Made by a program: the position numbers and the translations under genes. A stretch of DNA of 64,000 bases, from contig OY969564.1 of NCBI GenBank assembly GCA_963701095.1, positions 2,016,001-2,080,000 of the forward strand, in the 5' to 3' direction. The DNA comes from an uncultured Methanoregulaceae archaeon (lineage in GTDB: Archaea > Halobacteriota > Methanomicrobia > Methanomicrobiales > Methanospirillaceae). The notes beneath the pieces are model-generated. The model was not told the origin of the DNA. It saw only the letters and a program-made list of their open reading frames with translations, and made no database searches. Shown here in pieces: positions 44,000 through 55,492 of the stretch. Position 1 is the first letter of the stretch; every line of letters begins with the position of its first letter.

Positions 44000-44323
44000 T
44001 CAGAGATTTTCTCCGGTTTCCCGGCGTACCCAATCAAGATATGGGGCATACCCCATGGTCACGGGAAGAACAATAATTTCCGGGACATCGTAGGTATGGA
44101 GTGACTTCAGGATTTCCACCACTGTATTCGCATGGGTTTTTGTGGTTTTTGCAATCATAAGATGCTCAGGTTCATGGCAGATCCTGCCTTTCCATCGGTA
44201 AGTAGATTGAACCGGTACAATGTTAACACAAGCCACGAGCTTCCTGTTCACCAGCTGTTCTGCCATCGCTGCTGCAGTATCCGGTGCAGCAGTGCAAAGA
44301 ATCACTACAATATCCGTTGTCAT
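44000..44323 (-). CDS. cutA: Divalent-cation tolerance protein CutA
   Basis: LVACVNI, STYRWKG and HTYDVPEI motifs. Confidence 0.93.
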   Translation of the reverse strand: MTTDIVVILCTAAPDTAAAMAEQLVNRKLVACVNIVPVQSTYRWKGRICHEPEHLMIAKTTKTHANTVVEILKSLHTYDVPEIIVLPVTMGYAPYLDWVRRETGENL

Positions 44324-44465
44324 ATCATCGCCTTTCCAGATTTGTCTTACTCGCCACCTTTTAGCAGCTTTAGAATATTAAAGATCCTCCGGTTTTCATT
44401 CTGCCTTCGATTTATCCTTTTTGATCGTTAATTACTAGACCCTGCGATTCGCATATTTACTACCT

Positions 44466-45614
44466 ATGTACTCAACACGTATGAGCAATCTCCCTCCGTA
44501 TCTTTTTGCTCGGATTGACGAGATGAAAACAGAACAGGCAAAAAAAGGTGTTGATATCATTGACCTTGGCGTCGGCGACCCGGATCTTCCCACGCCGTCG
44601 CACATTGTTACCGCACTCTGCACCGCAGCCAAAAACCCGGAAAACCACCATTACCCCTCGTATGCCGGGATGCCCGCTTACCGGGAAGCGGTCGCCAGCT
44701 GGTACTACAAGAGGTTCGGGGTCACACTCGATGCGTTTAGGGAAACTCTGGCCCTTATGGGATCAAAGGATGGTATCACCCATATCGGGGAGGCTTTTGT
44801 AAACCCTGGTGATTACGTACTCGCCCCAAGCCCCGGCTATCCGGGATATTCGACGGGCACCCTTTTTGCTGAAGGAAAAGTTCACGAGATGCCGCTTTTA
44901 AGGAAGAATAATTTCCTTCCGGTCCTCGACGATATACCAAAGAATGTGGCGCGATCTGCAAAGCTCATGTTTATCAACTATCCCAATAATCCCACGTCAG
45001 CTGTGGCGCCGCTCTCGTTCTACCGGGAGGTGGTGGATTTTGCTACCGACAATAGCATTTTAGTAGTCTCAGATAACCCCTACTCGGAAGTGGCGTTTGA
45101 TGGCTACCGCGCTCCATCATTCCTAGAGGCAAAAGGGGCAATGGAGATAGGTGTTGAGATGCATTCGCTTTCGAAGACCTATAACATGACCGGCTGGCGA
45201 ATTGGGATGGCAGTCGGGAATGCCGAGATCCTTGCCGGTCTTGGCAGGGTCAAGACCAATGTCGATTCTGGTGTCTTCAACGCCGTTCAGTATGCTGCGA
45301 TCGCTGCGCTTTCCGGCCCGCAGGACTGTGTAAGAGAGGCCTGCGATATTTATGAGGAACGTCGTGACGTGCTGGTTTCCGGGCTTCGTGAGCTGGGTTT
45401 TGATGTACCTTCCCCGAAGGCCACTTTTTATGTCTGGATGCCGGTAAAAGACTGCATGTCCTTTGCGGCGACACTCCTGAACACTTCAGGCATTGTAGTG
45501 ACACCCGGGATTGGGTTTGGCTCTGCGGGAGAAGGATATGTGCGGTTTGCCATCACCCGGCCGGTTGAAAGAATTAAAGAGGCAATCGAACGCATGCGGA
45601 GGCTTGACCTGTGA
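44466..45614 (+). CDS. dapL: LL-diaminopimelate aminotransferase
   Basis: LPPYLFA, LGVGDPD, NYPNNPT and SLSKTYNMTGWRIG; directly upstream of lysA. Confidence 0.88.
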   Translation: MYSTRMSNLPPYLFARIDEMKTEQAKKGVDIIDLGVGDPDLPTPSHIVTALCTAAKNPENHHYPSYAGMPAYREAVASWYYKRFGVTLDAFRETLALMGSKDGITHIGEAFVNPGDYVLAPSPGYPGYSTGTLFAEGKVHEMPLLRKNNFLPVLDDIPKNVARSAKLMFINYPNNPTSAVAPLSFYREVVDFATDNSILVVSDNPYSEVAFDGYRAPSFLEAKGAMEIGVEMHSLSKTYNMTGWRIGMAVGNAEILAGLGRVKTNVDSGVFNAVQYAAIAALSGPQDCVREACDIYEERRDVLVSGLRELGFDVPSPKATFYVWMPVKDCMSFAATLLNTSGIVVTPGIGFGSAGEGYVRFAITRPVERIKEAIERMRRLDL

Positions 45615-46903
45615 AACTTCCCCCTCATCTCACGATAAAGAACGGGCATCTCCACATTGGCGGCCATGATTGTGTTTCCCTTGCAGAAACATATGGGACA
45701 CCTCTCTATGTGACAAGTGAAGACAGAATCCTTGACCGTTTCCGGAATTACCAGCAGGCGTTGTCTTCACGGTATTCTAAAGTTCAGGTACTTTTTGCAG
45801 CAAAGGCCAACGGCAACCTTGCCATTATGAGGGTGCTTGCACAATTGGGGGCCGGGGCCGACGTTTTTTCCAGTGGTGAACTTTTGCTTGCTCTGGAATC
45901 AGGCATACCGGCAAAAAAATTGCTTTATAACGGCAGTTCAAAAACGAAAAGTGACCTCGCTCTCGCAGTACAGCACGATGCGAAAATATCAGTCGATTCT
46001 CTCGATGAGCTTCACCAGCTTGATGGTGTGGCACGAAAAGCCGGGAAAGTTGCTGAGATCTCGTTCCGGGTCAACCCCGCACTTGATGTCCCCACCCATC
46101 CGAAAATCGCTACCGGTCTTGCCACGAGCAAGTTTGGGATTCCCCACAATCAGATCCCGGCCGCGTACGAAGAGGCACTCACCTGTAAAAATATCAAACC
46201 GGTGGGTATTCATTGCCATATCGGGTCGCAAATCCTTGATGTGGAACCATTTGCCCGTGCTGCGAAAGTGATGGTTGACATTGCCCGCGAGCTTTCCGGT
46301 ATGGGTGTGAACCTTGAGTTTCTTGACCTTGGTGGCGGTCTTGGTATACCCTATCATCACGATACCGATCCGGCACCAACGCCGGAGGACTATGCTAATG
46401 CAGTCATGCCGGTTTTCCTCGCAGGTATTAAAGCAGCCGGGATAACACCGGAACTTTGGGTAGAGCCGGGCCGGTTTCTTGTCGCTGATTCTACCCTGCT
46501 GCTCACAAGGATCAATTCGGTAAAGTCTGCCCATAAACGGTTTGCAAATGTTGATGCCGGTTTCAACCTACTTGTCAGGCCTGCGATGTACGATTCCTAT
46601 CATGAGGTGATTGTGGCAAATCGTGCTGATGCCCCATTAGTTACAGAATTTACCATCACCGGCCCCATATGCGAGACAGGTGATATTCTAGCCGCCGACC
46701 GGAAATTACCGGAGATCGCTTCCGGTGACCTTATCGCAGTACTGGATGCAGGGGCGTATGGTTATGCGATGTCCTCACAGTATAACGGCAGGCCCCGGTG
46801 CCCTGAAGTGTTGATCCATGGAAATGAAGTTGCACTCATGCGGCGCGGCGAGACTCTTGCCGACCTGACCTGTACCATGGTGCGCCCACCCTGGCATTAC
46901 TAA
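45611..46903 (+). CDS. lysA: Diaminopimelate decarboxylase
   Basis: YGTPLYV, AKAN, SKFG, HIGSQ, EPGR, GPICETGD and GAYG motifs. Confidence 0.95.
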   Translation: MKLPPHLTIKNGHLHIGGHDCVSLAETYGTPLYVTSEDRILDRFRNYQQALSSRYSKVQVLFAAKANGNLAIMRVLAQLGAGADVFSSGELLLALESGIPAKKLLYNGSSKTKSDLALAVQHDAKISVDSLDELHQLDGVARKAGKVAEISFRVNPALDVPTHPKIATGLATSKFGIPHNQIPAAYEEALTCKNIKPVGIHCHIGSQILDVEPFARAAKVMVDIARELSGMGVNLEFLDLGGGLGIPYHHDTDPAPTPEDYANAVMPVFLAGIKAAGITPELWVEPGRFLVADSTLLLTRINSVKSAHKRFANVDAGFNLLVRPAMYDSYHEVIVANRADAPLVTEFTITGPICETGDILAADRKLPEIASGDLIAVLDAGAYGYAMSSQYNGRPRCPEVLIHGNEVALMRRGETLADLTCTMVRPPWHY

Positions 46904-46918
46904 TGCGGGAGGATATCT

Positions 46919-48229
46919 GTGGTTCTCTTCCATTATGCATTAATCGACGATCTCATCACCCAGGAAGAGTTTGAACGACGCGTTGAGGAAAAAATCGAGG
47001 AGTGCGGGGATCTCCTTGATGAGCCGACCGCAGCGATGCTCGTCGTGGATGCATTAGGAAGACAGCATGTCAAAATCCGGGATCTTTCCGGGAAATCAAG
47101 TTTGTTCTGTTTTTTTGCAAAGGTACTCGATAAGACCGAGCCAAAGGAATTTGACCGAAAAGACGGTGAAAAGGGATGGGTTGCCACACTTCTTGTGGGG
47201 GATGAAACCGGGACTACCCGCATTGTGCTCTGGGACGAGAAAGCCGGAGCGGCCCTTGAGATCCAAGCTGGCGACGTAATGGAGATTATAGGGAGGCACC
47301 CGGGAAAAAAGCCCGGGAGATCTACGCACTTGCATTGCGCAAAGCGACCTGCGAAATTACCTGTTCAGCGACTTCCAGCGGGAATGGGACGGTGCTATCC
47401 TCGGAACGGATAGATATGGATGCTACCCTGATTGGTGTCGATGATCCACGGACGTTTAGTCGTCGAGACGGGACGACCGGAGTGATGACGGAATGTGTCA
47501 TTGGTGATGCCGAGGGAACGGCCCGCCTTGTGGTATGGGTACCGGATCTGCTTCGAAATGTCCCTATAGGAACTACTATCCACATTACGGGTGCAAAACC
47601 GGACCGCCGCTCATCCGGGAGAGGCTATAGCGTGGATGATACAAGTATGGTGAGTCTTTCTGATGTTAGCATTACGGTTCCCTTTACTGCACTCGGATCG
47701 ATTAGCAGGTACTGGTTTTTTTTCTGTAAAGGGAGAGGTGAAGGCTGTGCAGGAGCTTCGGTCATTTACCACGCGGGACGGAAAAATCTCGTGGGTCCGG
47801 AATATCCGTATTGGAGAGGAAAGCAATGTACTTAATGTAGTTCTCTGGGGTGAGAAGGCTCTGGTACCGGTGCATCCGGGCGATTTTGTCGAGATCTACC
47901 ATGCGGAAGCAAAGCCAGACCGGTTAGGGGATTTTGAGATGGGGGTAGGCCGGGGAAGCGTGATACGTTTTCCTCATGAAGAATCACGGGCGATCACGTT
48001 TACCGGGACGGTTATTCCCGGGAACGGGGGGATATTCATTGACAATGGAACAGAGCGGTACCTCATCGAAGGTGAGTTCCCTGCCGGGTGTGAGATGAGT
48101 ATCACGGGGACGCTGTGCGGGAGCCGCATCATTCCTGAGATTGTAGAACCGGTTGAGAAAAACATTGAACAGGTCACAAACCGCCTTGCAGTTCTTGTCG
48201 CCCGACTGGGATCCCGGGCACCGCCGTAA
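46919..48229 (+). CDS. rpa: Replication protein A (multiple OB folds; apparent frameshifts near 47305 and 47715)
   Basis: Three OB-type repeats (F.RKDG...GDETG...LW) across three frames; upstream of radA. Confidence 0.85.
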
Positions 48230-48309
48230 CCTCACTTTCACCCCTCGCACGGCCTTGGGTTATATGGGTGGTGTTAAAATGTTGTTGTGCCATAGGAGAT
48301 GTACAAGAA

Positions 48310-49287
48310 ATGGCTGACAAAGCGTTAGATATAGAAGATTTACCCGGTGTCGGACCAAGCACTGCCGACAAGCTTCGTGAAGCAGGATACCTTTCTGTTG
48401 AGAGCATTGCAACCGCTTCACCTGCAGAACTTTCAGAGATCACGGAGATATCAGAAGCCACGGCAAAGAAAATCATAAAAGCGGCCCGTGAATCTGCAGA
48501 TATCGGGGGTTTCAAGACGGGAAAAGATATTTTCGAGCAGAGAAAAGACATCAGGAAACTCTCGTTCCGGGTCCCGGAACTCGACACGCTCTTAGGTGGC
48601 GGTATGGAAACCCAGGCGATCACTGAAATGTACGGTGAGTTTGGTTCCGGTAAAAGCCAGATCGTGCACCAGATGGCAGTCAACGTCCAGCTGCCTGAGG
48701 CTCAGGGAGGACTTAACGGAAGTGTCATCTATATCGATACAGAGAACACCTTCCGTCCCGAGCGTATCGAACAGATGGTAGCAGGTCTGGGTATCGATGA
48801 CGCACCCGACACACAGGAGGTTCTGGATAATATCCATATCGCCCGGGCGCATACATCAGACCACCAGATGCTCCTCGTGGAGAACTCCAGGGATCTTGCA
48901 AATGAACTTAAAGCAAGCGACAAGCCGGTGAAACTCTTTATTATCGATTCACTCACTGCACATTTCAGGTCTGAGTATGCAGGCCGGGGCACACTGGCTG
49001 CACGGCAGCAGAAACTTAACCGGCATATGCATGATCTCTTCAAGCTCATCGATGAGCACAACGCTGTTGGTCTCGTGACAAACCAGGTCATGTCCAACCC
49101 GGCTGTTTTCTTTGGCGATCCGACAAAACCTATCGGTGGAAACATTGTTGGCCACACGGCAACTTTCAGGATCTACCTGCGCAAGAGCAAAGCCGGCAAA
49201 CGCATTGCCCGTCTTGTGGACAGCCCCAACCTTCCTGAGGGTGAAGCGCCGTTTATGGTTGAAGAGGCAGGACTCAAGCCGTGTTAA
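48310..49287 (+). CDS. radA: DNA repair and recombination protein RadA
   Basis: Hh[29 protein letters not shown] and GGNIVGH motifs. Confidence 0.97.
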   Translation: MADKALDIEDLPGVGPSTADKLREAGYLSVESIATASPAELSEITEISEATAKKIIKAARESADIGGFKTGKDIFEQRKDIRKLSFRVPELDTLLGGGMETQAITEMYGEFGSGKSQIVHQMAVNVQLPEAQGGLNGSVIYIDTENTFRPERIEQMVAGLGIDDAPDTQEVLDNIHIARAHTSDHQMLLVENSRDLANELKASDKPVKLFIIDSLTAHFRSEYAGRGTLAARQQKLNRHMHDLFKLIDEHNAVGLVTNQVMSNPAVFFGDPTKPIGGNIVGHTATFRIYLRKSKAGKRIARLVDSPNLPEGEAPFMVEEAGLKPC

Positions 49288-49979
49288 AGGTGCTCCTGAC
49301 TGATGTGGATGGGACCATCACAGATCCCACCCGCCGGATAAATACCGAGGCGATCGCTTGTATCAGATCACTGATGGACGATGGTATTGAAGTCGTCCTT
49401 GCCAGCGGCAATACATCCTGTTTCATGGATGCACTCTGCAAGATGATTGGCACCAAGGGGACGTATATCGCAGAGAACGGGGGTGTGTACCGGATCGGGT
49501 ATACCGGTACCCTTCGTATCAACGGTGATCAAAGCATCAGCCGGACTGCCCTTGAAACCCTTCAAGCGTATTACCGGAAAAAAGGAGTTGAACTGGAACT
49601 CTATAACCCTACGAACCGGTACACGGATCTCGCATTTGCCCGGTCTGTGCCTGCCGAAGAGGTAAAACAAGTACTCGCAGGCTTACCGGTTCAGGTCATC
49701 GATACCGGGTTTGCCATCCATCTTCAGGCCGAAGGCATCAGCAAAGGGACTGCCCTTCTTGACCTTGCACATGATATGGGCATTTCTCCAACAGATTTTT
49801 TTGCCATTGGTGATGGTATCAACGATGTCCAGATGCTTGAATGGGCTGGTAAGGGTGTCACGATTGCCAATGCCCACCCGGCGACAAAAAAGGTGGCATC
49901 TGACGTTATGGAAGAAGCGTACGGGAAGGGCTTTGTTCAAGCCACAAAAAAATATAGATCTTACCTTCGCGCAAGGTAA
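49281..49979 (+). CDS. Phosphoglycolate phosphatase (HAD, archaeal type)
   Basis: DVDGT, ASGN, SKG and GDGIND motifs. Confidence 0.88.
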   Translation: MLKVLLTDVDGTITDPTRRINTEAIACIRSLMDDGIEVVLASGNTSCFMDALCKMIGTKGTYIAENGGVYRIGYTGTLRINGDQSISRTALETLQAYYRKKGVELELYNPTNRYTDLAFARSVPAEEVKQVLAGLPVQVIDTGFAIHLQAEGISKGTALLDLAHDMGISPTDFFAIGDGINDVQMLEWAGKGVTIANAHPATKKVASDVMEEAYGKGFVQATKKYRSYLRAR

Positions 49980-50215
49980 CGGTCGACTACGATATAATCC
50001 TTGATGTCTTTTACAGACTCAAAGGGGATGACCAGCAGGTTGCCATCTTCCAAAGTGTAACCTTCAGTGACAAAGGACTGGTCCGGGTGAACGATCAGAT
50101 CAAGGACCTGCCCGGAATCGAAATCAACTCTAAGGTTTTTAAGGGTCCCAATGAGCTTGCCATCGTTGCTCATGATCTTTTTTCGCGAGAGGCTGCGGGC
50201 AAAAGTACGAGTCAT
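49961..50215 (-). CDS. PRC-barrel domain protein
   Basis: DGKLIGTLKNL.VD..SG and IPFESVKDIKDYIVV pattern. Confidence 0.85.
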   Translation of the reverse strand: MTRTFARSLSRKKIMSNDGKLIGTLKNLRVDFDSGQVLDLIVHPDQSFVTEGYTLEDGNLLVIPFESVKDIKDYIVVDRYLARR

Positions 50216-50379
50216 AAAAAAAATGACGATGTATAAATATATAAAGTGTTCTGAAATGCGGGGGATAATAGGTTATTTTGAGAATTGAATCCGACTTTCT
50301 CGTTCTTTTTTCGGCCGGAGCTTGCAAATTGGCACACTCTTCTTTGGATGAATACTAAATCGATAAAGGACAGGAATTA

Positions 50380-51257
50380 TCAGACCGAAGGAAAGACCCG
50401 GATTATATCCGATTGGGTAAGGATTCCCACGGGTTTTCCGTTTTCAGTCACGACTAATCGTCCTATCTCGCGTTCCTTGAAGCGTCCGATCACATCGAAG
50501 AGTTTGATATCTGAAGGCGCTTGGATTACGTCTTTGGTCATTATTGATGGAAGGGTGTCGTCAAGAGACAATCCACGGTCAAGGGCTTTTGCAACATCAC
50601 TCATGGTTACAATACCGGCAAGGCGATTCCCGTCAAGGACCGGTGCCCCGTGGATCCGGTAAAGGCTGAAAAGGCTAACCGCATCCCGGATAGTCTGGGT
50701 GACGGAGAGCGTCTTGAGTGGGGTGCTCATGTAGGCCTTTATCGGTTGCTTGGGTAGCGAGATCATTTCGGAGGTAGCGATGAGAAGTGACTGCGTGGAC
50801 TCATCTTTCCCGAAAACCTCTCCCCGGATCAGGAGCTTGTTCACCGGTGTCGGGCCGATGGTAATTTTATCTCCAATATCGAAGATTTTGACGCTTCCGA
50901 CAAGTTTTATAACCGCGTGGCATATGTCGGGATGACAGAGTGTTGTAAAATCGATCTCCTGAACGTGTGCCCCCTTGATCTTCTCACCGTTTCGGCTGAT
51001 CGGAACATCATAATCCCCTTCAGAAACGCTCAGGTTAAGTTCCTTGTAAGCCAGCTGGGTGGGGATGTAACCACCTTTTGGGCCGGGAACGCCATCCACA
51101 AGGCCAATCGCCTTAAGGGATTGCATCTGGTTGCGAACCGTACCGGGTTCCGGAGAATGATATCAGCGATCTCCTCACCCTTTATGGAATGTGACTGCTG
51201 GTGATAGAGGGTGATAAGAGTAATGAGAATATCCTTCTGTATCAGGGACAGCTCCAT
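50380..51257 (-). CDS. HTH (HrcA-like) + CBS-pair regulator (apparent frameshift near 51145)
   Basis: MELSLIQKDIL...IKGEEIA...RNQMQSLK.IGLV.GVPGPKGGY followed by two CBS repeats. Confidence 0.85.
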
Positions 51258-51305
51258 AACGATAAGACGTATCACGCTCTATGGATATATAGGTTGGAGT
51301 TTTAA

Positions 51306-52298
51306 GTGGAATTCGAACGGATGCCTACGGTACCCACTGCGGATGAGATCCTCGATAGGAGTTTCCGCAGGGCAGCAAAGAAGATGAAAGAGAAACTTAA
51401 TAAGGACCGGGCCAACGAAGAGTTCGTCCGGGCAGTTGGTGCTGCCATCCACGACAGGCTGGTATACGTCATCCGTGGATTTCCTGAGTTTGAAGAGATT
51501 CCTCAATTTTATCGTGAAATGGTTGAGATTCTCTATGGAATTGATGCCATCAAGCAATCACTTGGGGCTGTGGGCTGGGCAGCCAAACACACTAAAATGG
51601 TAGGCCATGAGATTGCTGTGCAATCCAGAAAATCGTCAGAAACGCTTGTCCTCAGGAAACGGGCGGTTGCCCGGCTCGCCTCCATGGTTCATCAGATAGA
51701 TAAGGATCTGCGGTTCTTAAATGAAGTAAGAAATACCCTACGGAAGCTTCCTCATATTGAAGATGCGTTCACTATTGTAATCGCAGGGTACCCTAACGTG
51801 GGAAAGTCCTCGTTTATCCGGCTCGTATCTTCTGCAACACCTGAGATCGCGTCATACCCGTTTACTACAAAAGGGGTAATTGTCGGCATGCGCATGGAGG
51901 GTAGAAACCGCATACAGTTTGTGGATACCCCGGGAATTCTCGATCGCCCAGCAGATGAGAGAAACCCAATAGAGCGACAGGCGCTCTCCGCAATGATAAA
52001 TGTGGCAAGCGTTATTCTCTTTATTCTCGACCCCTCTGAGCACTGCGGGTATCCTATGGAAGTGCAGTTGCATCTCCTTGCAGAAGTAAAGGAAAAGGTG
52101 AAGGTACCGCTTATCATAGTCGCCAATAAGTCAGATATCACCGTTCAGTCAGAATACCTATCAATGTCCACCGAAACACGGGATGGCGTGGATGTGGTAC
52201 TGGCACAACTGCTCCTGCACCGTAAGGATTGGGAAGAGTCACACAAAGCCAATGAGCATCCAGCCGATGAGAAACCCGAGGATTGTCCCTCCATTTAA
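51306..52298 (+). CDS. NOG1-family GTP-binding protein
   Basis: GYPNVGKSS, YPFTTK, DTPGILDRP and NKSD motifs. Confidence 0.92.
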   Translation: MEFERMPTVPTADEILDRSFRRAAKKMKEKLNKDRANEEFVRAVGAAIHDRLVYVIRGFPEFEEIPQFYREMVEILYGIDAIKQSLGAVGWAAKHTKMVGHEIAVQSRKSSETLVLRKRAVARLASMVHQIDKDLRFLNEVRNTLRKLPHIEDAFTIVIAGYPNVGKSSFIRLVSSATPEIASYPFTTKGVIVGMRMEGRNRIQFVDTPGILDRPADERNPIERQALSAMINVASVILFILDPSEHCGYPMEVQLHLLAEVKEKVKVPLIIVANKSDITVQSEYLSMSTETRDGVDVVLAQLLLHRKDWEESHKANEHPADEKPEDCPSI

Positions 52299-53141
52299 CG
52301 GGGGCAGACCAGCCTGTGGCCTTCCTGACATTACAAAGTGAAGGAGGACGATAAGGCCTGCGATAGAGCCGATCATAGCCCCGAATGCAGGCAGATTAAA
52401 AAGTCCGAAATATTTCACTCCACCGGTGAATACGTTTGCTGAAACAACCAGCATTGAGGGAATGATCAGGTCTCCCATACCTATGATAAACGCGGAACGC
52501 TCCTCACCTTCACCGATCTTTCCAATTCCTTCCTTGATAAACGAATAACTGCGCTTTTTGGGTATCACAAAGAGTATTGGCGTTTTCAGATCAAGGACCC
52601 CTTCAGCAAGAGTGATCATGTGTTTGGTCTTGTAGACCGAGATCGCATCGTAAACTGCCAGAATGATAAGAAGCAGGATAACTGGGATCGTTCCGAGTGA
52701 CACACCGAAGATTGAAGCAACCCCTGCTGCAAGGAGGAGACCGAGAATATCAATGATGTACCATTCCGGGTATAAATACAAAAGCCCCGTCGCAAGAAGG
52801 GCAAGAGCTGCCATAGCCGCTACCTGGGCAAGTCCGGGTCCTATGATTATCGGGACAATGGCTGCAAATGTGTAGACAAAGGTGAAAAAAATCGAGATCC
52901 CGATTACCCAAGCGATCACATTCTTAAAGCCGTACTTAATCAAGACAAGAAGTACGGCAGTAAAACCTAAGATCATCGCAAGAAAGATGAGGGGATCAGC
53001 AAGCGACTGGGGGTTCTGGAAGGCCGAAAGGCCGGCGGCTTGGACAGGGAGCGAAAGGGCGAGCGAACCCAGCTCCACAATGACAAGGAACGCGGGCATC
53101 ACAAGAAACGGGATGAATTTTTTAACACCATTGATATCCAT
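52239..53141 (-). CDS. Presenilin-family intramembrane aspartyl protease (PSH)
   Basis: YDAISV, GMGD and AGLP motifs in a multi-TM protein. Confidence 0.92.
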   Translation of the reverse strand: MDINGVKKFIPFLVMPAFLVIVELGSLALSLPVQAAGLSAFQNPQSLADPLIFLAMILGFTAVLLVLIKYGFKNVIAWVIGISIFFTFVYTFAAIVPIIIGPGLAQVAAMAALALLATGLLYLYPEWYIIDILGLLLAAGVASIFGVSLGTIPVILLLIILAVYDAISVYKTKHMITLAEGVLDLKTPILFVIPKKRSYSFIKEGIGKIGEGEERSAFIIGMGDLIIPSMLVVSANVFTGGVKYFGLFNLPAFGAMIGSIAGLIVLLHFVMSGRPQAGLPPLNGGTILGFLIGWMLIGFV

Positions 53142-53253
53142 GAAGATGTCTCCGAAAGGATAGTTAGCTTAATGATGTGTGCTCTCATCATCTAAATGCA
53201 TATGTTTTCCATACTTTTAACACAATTCTTATAATCTGCTGAATCACATTTCA

Positions 53254-54459
53254 GTGTACATGCGTGTCGCTGACCCCGAAGGATACCGGTATGCCACCGA
53301 GGAGAAAGTCAATCGCAGGATTGATTCCTTTCCTCCTGATGAACGTGAACTGGTAAGAGAGTACATCAATACCAGTAGAGCCCAGAAGGGTATAAAATTA
53401 GTCAGGGTTGTTGGAATTATCGCTGGTCTGAAAGCCTGGCGGGATATCATCAAAAAACCGTTTCAGAAATGGACGCGCAATGATGTTTACCAAGGTGTTA
53501 CCTTCGTACGGGACAAAAAAAATTACAAACAAAATACGTCGATCATTTACATCGCCCTTATGAAAGCGTTCCTGACATGGATGATCACGGAGAAGTATTC
53601 GAAAATTCCCCTTGAAGAGATCATTAAAATCCAGTTGCCGAAAGGCGATACTGGATCCTTCAAACCTGGCGACATTCTTACCGAAGAAGAAGTCAGGACT
53701 ATTCTCTCATGTTGCGGATCTGATCGGGACAGGGCGTTGATTGCCTTGCTCTACGATGGAGGTTTCCGCATGGTTGAAGCGGCAATGATGACCTGGGGAG
53801 ATCTCGATTTTCAGTTCGATGACAGGATCACTGCGCGTACCTCACAGAAAACCTATGTCCCCCGTGTGGTTTCCCTTATGTCTTGTAAAGAGCTGATTGC
53901 AACATGGCGCTCACATTACCCGGGCAATCCGGTAGGCGATAACCCTGTTTTTGTAACCAGGGATGGCGAACCATTTACGTACTCGACAGCCACTGAGGTT
54001 ATAAAAAGTATACGGCTTAAAGCGATCAAGAAAGGTCTCGATCCAAAGAGAATTAAATTACACCAGTTCCGACGAGCATCAATTACCCATGAGGTCAATA
54101 AGGGACGCCCGATTTCTCATATCTGTATTGAACGCTGGGGCCGGGCATATTCTCCGATGATTGAGGTATATGCAAAACCCAGTGAGCAGGACGTTCTTCG
54201 CTCAAAGATGGAAATGTTCGGCGTAGAACCCAAACGGAAATATGAGAAGCGGAAAACAGCGATGACACCGACTCAATGCCAACATTGTGGTTTTATCAAT
54301 TCACCAGAAATTGAGTTCTGCGGAAAGTGCGGGAAACCGTTGTCTGAAGAAGCATTGACTGAAATTGAAATACTCCGAAAGGAGAGAGATATGGCTTTGG
54401 ATTTGGTGAACAAAGCGTATAAGGAAGGAAAGTTGGATTTAAAAGAACTTACGAGGTAG
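53254..54459 (+). CDS. Tyrosine integrase with C-terminal zinc ribbon
   Basis: RDRALI.LLYDGGFR..E (Arg), KT, HQFRR (HxxR) and IEVY (Tyr); CQHC...CGKC ribbon. Confidence 0.9.
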   Translation: MYMRVADPEGYRYATEEKVNRRIDSFPPDERELVREYINTSRAQKGIKLVRVVGIIAGLKAWRDIIKKPFQKWTRNDVYQGVTFVRDKKNYKQNTSIIYIALMKAFLTWMITEKYSKIPLEEIIKIQLPKGDTGSFKPGDILTEEEVRTILSCCGSDRDRALIALLYDGGFRMVEAAMMTWGDLDFQFDDRITARTSQKTYVPRVVSLMSCKELIATWRSHYPGNPVGDNPVFVTRDGEPFTYSTATEVIKSIRLKAIKKGLDPKRIKLHQFRRASITHEVNKGRPISHICIERWGRAYSPMIEVYAKPSEQDVLRSKMEMFGVEPKRKYEKRKTAMTPTQCQHCGFINSPEIEFCGKCGKPLSEEALTEIEILRKERDMALDLVNKAYKEGKLDLKELTR

Positions 54460-54791
54460 TTTCATTTTTTGAAACTATTGGTATCTTTTTTATATCAAAT
54501 AAAGCATTTTAATTATATTGCATTCTCTGAATAGAATTATATCAAAAAAACAAGGATAAACAACGGGTTCGGAGGGCAATTGAGGTCACTGTACTTTCAT
54601 TCCGCACAATTATGCACATAGAATCGATGACACTGCACGCATAGACCAGGTGAGGCGCATTAATACACCCATCAACGAGCACCGAAATGATACAAACAAA
54701 CATCACAATTCAGGGTTTGACGAGGAATTTCAACAGACTATCATTAGTGTTATTAAGAGCGAAGAGTTTTCAGCATTTTTAGAAAAGGAAA

Positions 54792-55055
54792 TTATCGGAA
54801 TTGCTGAGAGATAATTTCCCTCATTAAACGCTCCAGTTCTTTTTTTACTTCCGGGTTATCCTTCATAAATGAAAGGATCGTTCCCTGCATGTTACTCTCA
54901 AACTCTTTCCGGTTTTTGTAGTATTGCAGCGCAGTATTCACCAAGTCACTAACTGACTCGAAAGGTGCTTTGTTTCCGTCTTTTGAGGCCGTCTGATACT
55001 GAACCCATTCGTCAAGATCGTTATTTATCTTGAATGATACCTGTCGTTTCACCAT
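54792..55055 (-). CDS. Ribbon-helix-helix regulator (putative repressor)
   Basis: RQVSFKI beta strand then SVSDLVNTAL helix; AGAAGGT before ATG. Confidence 0.65.
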   Translation of the reverse strand: MVKRQVSFKINNDLDEWVQYQTASKDGNKAPFESVSDLVNTALQYYKNRKEFESNMQGTILSFMKDNPEVKKELERLMREIISQQFR

Positions 55056-55196
55056 ACCTTCTCGCCTCGTTCTTCTAAGATAATGGTACTTACATATGCG
55101 TTATTTAATAGTATCACCATTTTCCAACCTTTTCGGCATGCTTATAAGTATTAATTTCGTAAGTAAATCTACCCACCATAGAGGTGTGAATGTAAA

Positions 55197-55343
55197 ATGA
55201 GTAAACGAGCAACGATTGAACTGGGATGCAACAATGAACGCATCATTGACACGCTTATCGAAAAAGGAATTTATAAAACCAAAATTGAGGCGATTCGTGC
55301 TGCAGTACGTGAACATGGAACGAAGTATGGAGTCCCCGCATGA
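55197..55343 (+). CDS. Small RHH/CopG-like protein (48 aa; not in ORF track)
   Basis: MSKRATIEL...IDTLIEKGIYKTKIEAIRAAVR; GAGGTG upstream; ATGA overlap with the next ORF. Confidence 0.7.
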   Translation: MSKRATIELGCNNERIIDTLIEKGIYKTKIEAIRAAVREHGTKYGVPA

Positions 55344-55492
55344 CCGAAGCAGTACCGAAATATATCAGCCGGGCTGCGATGGATGCATTTGAAAAAGAGG
55401 ACCCTGCCGGAGCACGGTTAATCGTAGCATTTGGTCTGGTCAAGATTATCGGAGAAAATGGTGACCGGCATGGAAGCAAAAACGGAATTTAA
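55340..55492 (+). CDS. Small viral hypothetical protein (50 aa)
   Basis: MTEAVPKYISR...NGI*; start coupled to the upstream stop via ATGA. Confidence 0.5.
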   Translation: MTEAVPKYISRAAMDAFEKEDPAGARLIVAFGLVKIIGENGDRHGSKNGI

